This document shows, in pieces, positions 61,641 to 64,000 of a stretch of DNA of 64,000 bases. The DNA comes from Azolla caroliniana (taxonomy: Eukaryota > Plantae > Polypodiophyta). How positions within the stretch are numbered: position 1 is the stretch's first letter; every line of letters starts with the position of its first letter. The notes beneath the pieces are model-generated. The model was given only the letters and a program-made list of their open reading frames with translations. It was not told the origin of the DNA and did not search any database. The stretch covers positions 17,360,001 to 17,424,000 of the forward strand of contig JBHGNT010000007.1 of assembly GCA_043228905.1 (NCBI GenBank), read 5' to 3'. A program made the translations under genes and the position numbers.

Positions 61641-61760
61641 TTGTTACCACATACATAGTATGGATGACATGAATTTACCCATATTAAGTGTATGTTAATC
61701 TCTGTCTCTGTCTCTCTCTTTCTCTCTCTCTCATTTTTGTCATCAAATACACTAAATTGG
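61470..61760. repeat. ~90-100-bp degenerate tandem repeat (3 units) with CT microsatellites downstream of VPS26
   Basis: gatgacatgaatttacccatatttagtg...(ct)n catatttgtcatcacatac occurs three times. Confidence 0.75.
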
Positions 61761-62940
61761 AGGAAAACCCAAATGTTTGGTTCCGTCTAACTCTTGCAAA
61801 GTTGTAGAATAGATAGTATAAGAATTAGTGTAAACCTCATAGTATTGTGGTAAAAGGTTTAAAGTTAATAGCTACAGATCTGTTTTGTGGTTGCAATGTT
61901 GGTTCTCTCATTAGCTAATATAAACATTTTCTTTCACGTTGTGCCCAATTTTAATTCCTAAAGGGATTCTTGATTGAGGCATCCAATGATTCACGAGAGC
62001 AAAAATGTCACTCAAATGCTCGTTGACAGAGCTTGCAAATTCCTTGGTTTGGTTTCCTTCAAGATATGTTTAGAAGGAAAGCCAATCTTTGCAATTACTA
62101 TGGGCAGTGGTTGCCTATCCACATTTGAGCTTTGTACACAAAATCATCCAATATTGTGAATGTTTTTCTAATCGGGAAAATTGCCAATTTGGGTGAATCT
62201 TGTCGGTGTTCTCTCACTTGCATGTTTAGTGTTTGTCCATATCAATCAAAGGAGCATAATGCATAACACCTCTCCCCCCATCGGAATGAGTTTGTAAAAT
62301 GAGTCTTCACCTAGATAATGTCAGTTGAGTAAAATATGGGTGTTTTACTAAATCTTATCCAAGGGAGGTGACTCTTTTGATGAATATGGTAAAACATGCA
62401 TATGAAAACATTCGTTTCTTGGGCATTGTTCATTTCGATGTAGAACAAGAAACAAAGTTGGGTGACTATATCAAGAGTGGATGGCGTAGAGAAAGTCCAC
62501 AATGAGGGCCATTTCATGAGTTGAGTTCCTATACTACTTGGCAATAGCATGAAGCAATCATTGACAAATTTTCTATGGGGGGGGGGGGGGGGGGGAACAA
62601 GGCTAAGAAGGAGACAATGTCCGAGGAAACAGCTTCATTTTAACCTTTGGAATTGTTTATGTATAACTATTTAGTAGCTAGATTTCACCACATTTTAACC
62701 GTTCATTTCATTCGACATTCTTTGTAACGCTAATATGCATTTTTTCATCCTTTCTTAATATAATTGACAATCCACACTCACTACCAAGTAGTAAATTTTT
62801 TTGTCCACTATTGTGTTGTTAGTAAGGTGAGAGACATGGTGTTTTGTTTCAAATTTTAATATCTTGATGGGCCTCCTCATGGGCTCTCTGAAAAATGCTA
62901 AAAACATGTTTCCTTCTCTTTTAGATTGACCTACCAGTTC

Positions 62941-64000
62941 CATAGGATGCACCATACGTGCATTCGCATTCTCGAATGTTTCAATCATTCGCATAAAGAA
63001 GAAAAACACCCTCAAAGAATGATAAAATACCATACTTTTTGGATTAAATATTTATTATGAGGTAAATAAGCCTAAAAAATGGGGGAAAAAAAAACGAAAA
63101 AAAAACGGGGGAAAAAACAAAACAAAAAAAACACAAGAATGTTTGAATAACATTCGCATTCGTTTTTGAGGTGAAAAAAAGAGCCTCTGTTTTTTTGAGG
63201 TGGGAAAAAAACCCTCTGTTTTTTCTTTTTTTTTCAAAGCTTTTTAACGGCTCTCTTCTCTCGCTCTCTCTCTCTCTCTTCTCTCCTTCTCTCTCTGTTT
63301 CATCTCTGTTTCTCTCTGTGATTGTTGTGCCTTCCTGTGTTTTTGTTTTCCATAGCTCTTTCACAGATTTTCATTCTTTCCTAATAACCCTCCCATCTCT
63401 CTCTCTGCCCTAACTAAGTGGCCTGCCCATATATGGACCTGCATAATACCCATCACGACTCTCTTTTCTCTCTGTATAAGGCTCATACTGCTCTCGCCCA
63501 GATGATGTCTCAGGTAAAAAAATCTCTCTCTCTCACCGGTCTCTTTTTTTCTTTTTAAAAAAAAATCTGTTTCCACCATTTTTTTTCCCTTTCATTTGAC
63601 CTCTAATGGCTCCATTTCTGTGCCAATTTCCATGTATTGGGGTTTTTCTCTTTCTTTTTCTCTTTGATTTCCTCTGTTTCCACCATTTTTTCCCTTTCTT
63701 TGACCCCTAATGGGTCCATTTTCTGTGCCAATTTCCCTGTATTGGGTTTTTCTCTTTCTTCTTCTATTTGATTTTTCTCTGTTTCCACCATTTTTTCCCT
63801 TTCATTTGACCTCTAATGGCTCCATTTCTGTGCCAATTTCCCTATATTGGGGTTTTTCTCTTTCTTCTTCTCTTTGTTTTTTTCTCTGTTTCCACCATTT
63901 TTTCCCCTTTCTTTGAGCTCTAATGGCTCCATTCCTGTGCCAATTTCCCTGTATTGAGGTTTTCTCTTTCTTTCTTCTTCTCAAGAAACTGCACCTCTGC
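62941..64000. mobile_element. Larger member of the CATAG hAT-type family (runs off the window)
   Basis: cataggatgcaccatacgtgcattcgcattc...aacaccctcaaagaatgataaaataccatac matches the 21435 terminus. The other end is not seen. Confidence 0.75.
63567..63980. repeat. ~106-bp tandem repeat, 4 units
   Basis: ctgtttccaccattttttccctttc..tgacctctaatggctccatttctgtgccaatttccc at 63567, 63674, 63779 and 63886. Confidence 0.9.

Noticed and set aside
62300-62640. Poly-G run after SMKQSLTNFLWGG, a possible L1 relic or G-quadruplex
   Set aside because: Only one short motif, and the homopolymer length is unreliable.
63361-63984. Repeated minus-strand ORFs MVETE...KLAQK
   Set aside because: They are by-products of the ~106-bp tandem repeat, and frames are not maintained between units.

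Overview
AT-rich eukaryotic plant nuclear DNA; the TE make-up suggests a non-seed plant, which is an inference. Three spliced host genes on the + strand were reconstructed by eye: a TRAF-type zinc-finger/XAF1-like tail-anchored protein (8412-19257), a PAP/OAS1-type nucleotidyltransferase (36846-46866) and a VPS26 retromer subunit (54856-61214). The rest is dense with TEs: two L1 LINE families, an RTE-X/L2-like LINE plus orphan copies of its 3' end, hAT-type and Mutator-type MITEs with TSDs, and three Copia remnants. Three features stand out. (1) A three-LTR Copia in the last nucleotidyltransferase intron forms a ~600-bp-arm inverted repeat, a candidate hairpin/siRNA 'killer' locus, and is flanked by a 217-bp target duplication with one truncated LTR. 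(2) All three copies of one L1 family end at (GA)n tracts, and the two with a readable RT active site have LADD, suggesting a microsatellite-targeting plant L1. (3) A LINE 3'-end module abuts, and may supply, a host splice acceptor. No prokaryotic systems, CRISPR arrays or rRNA were seen.
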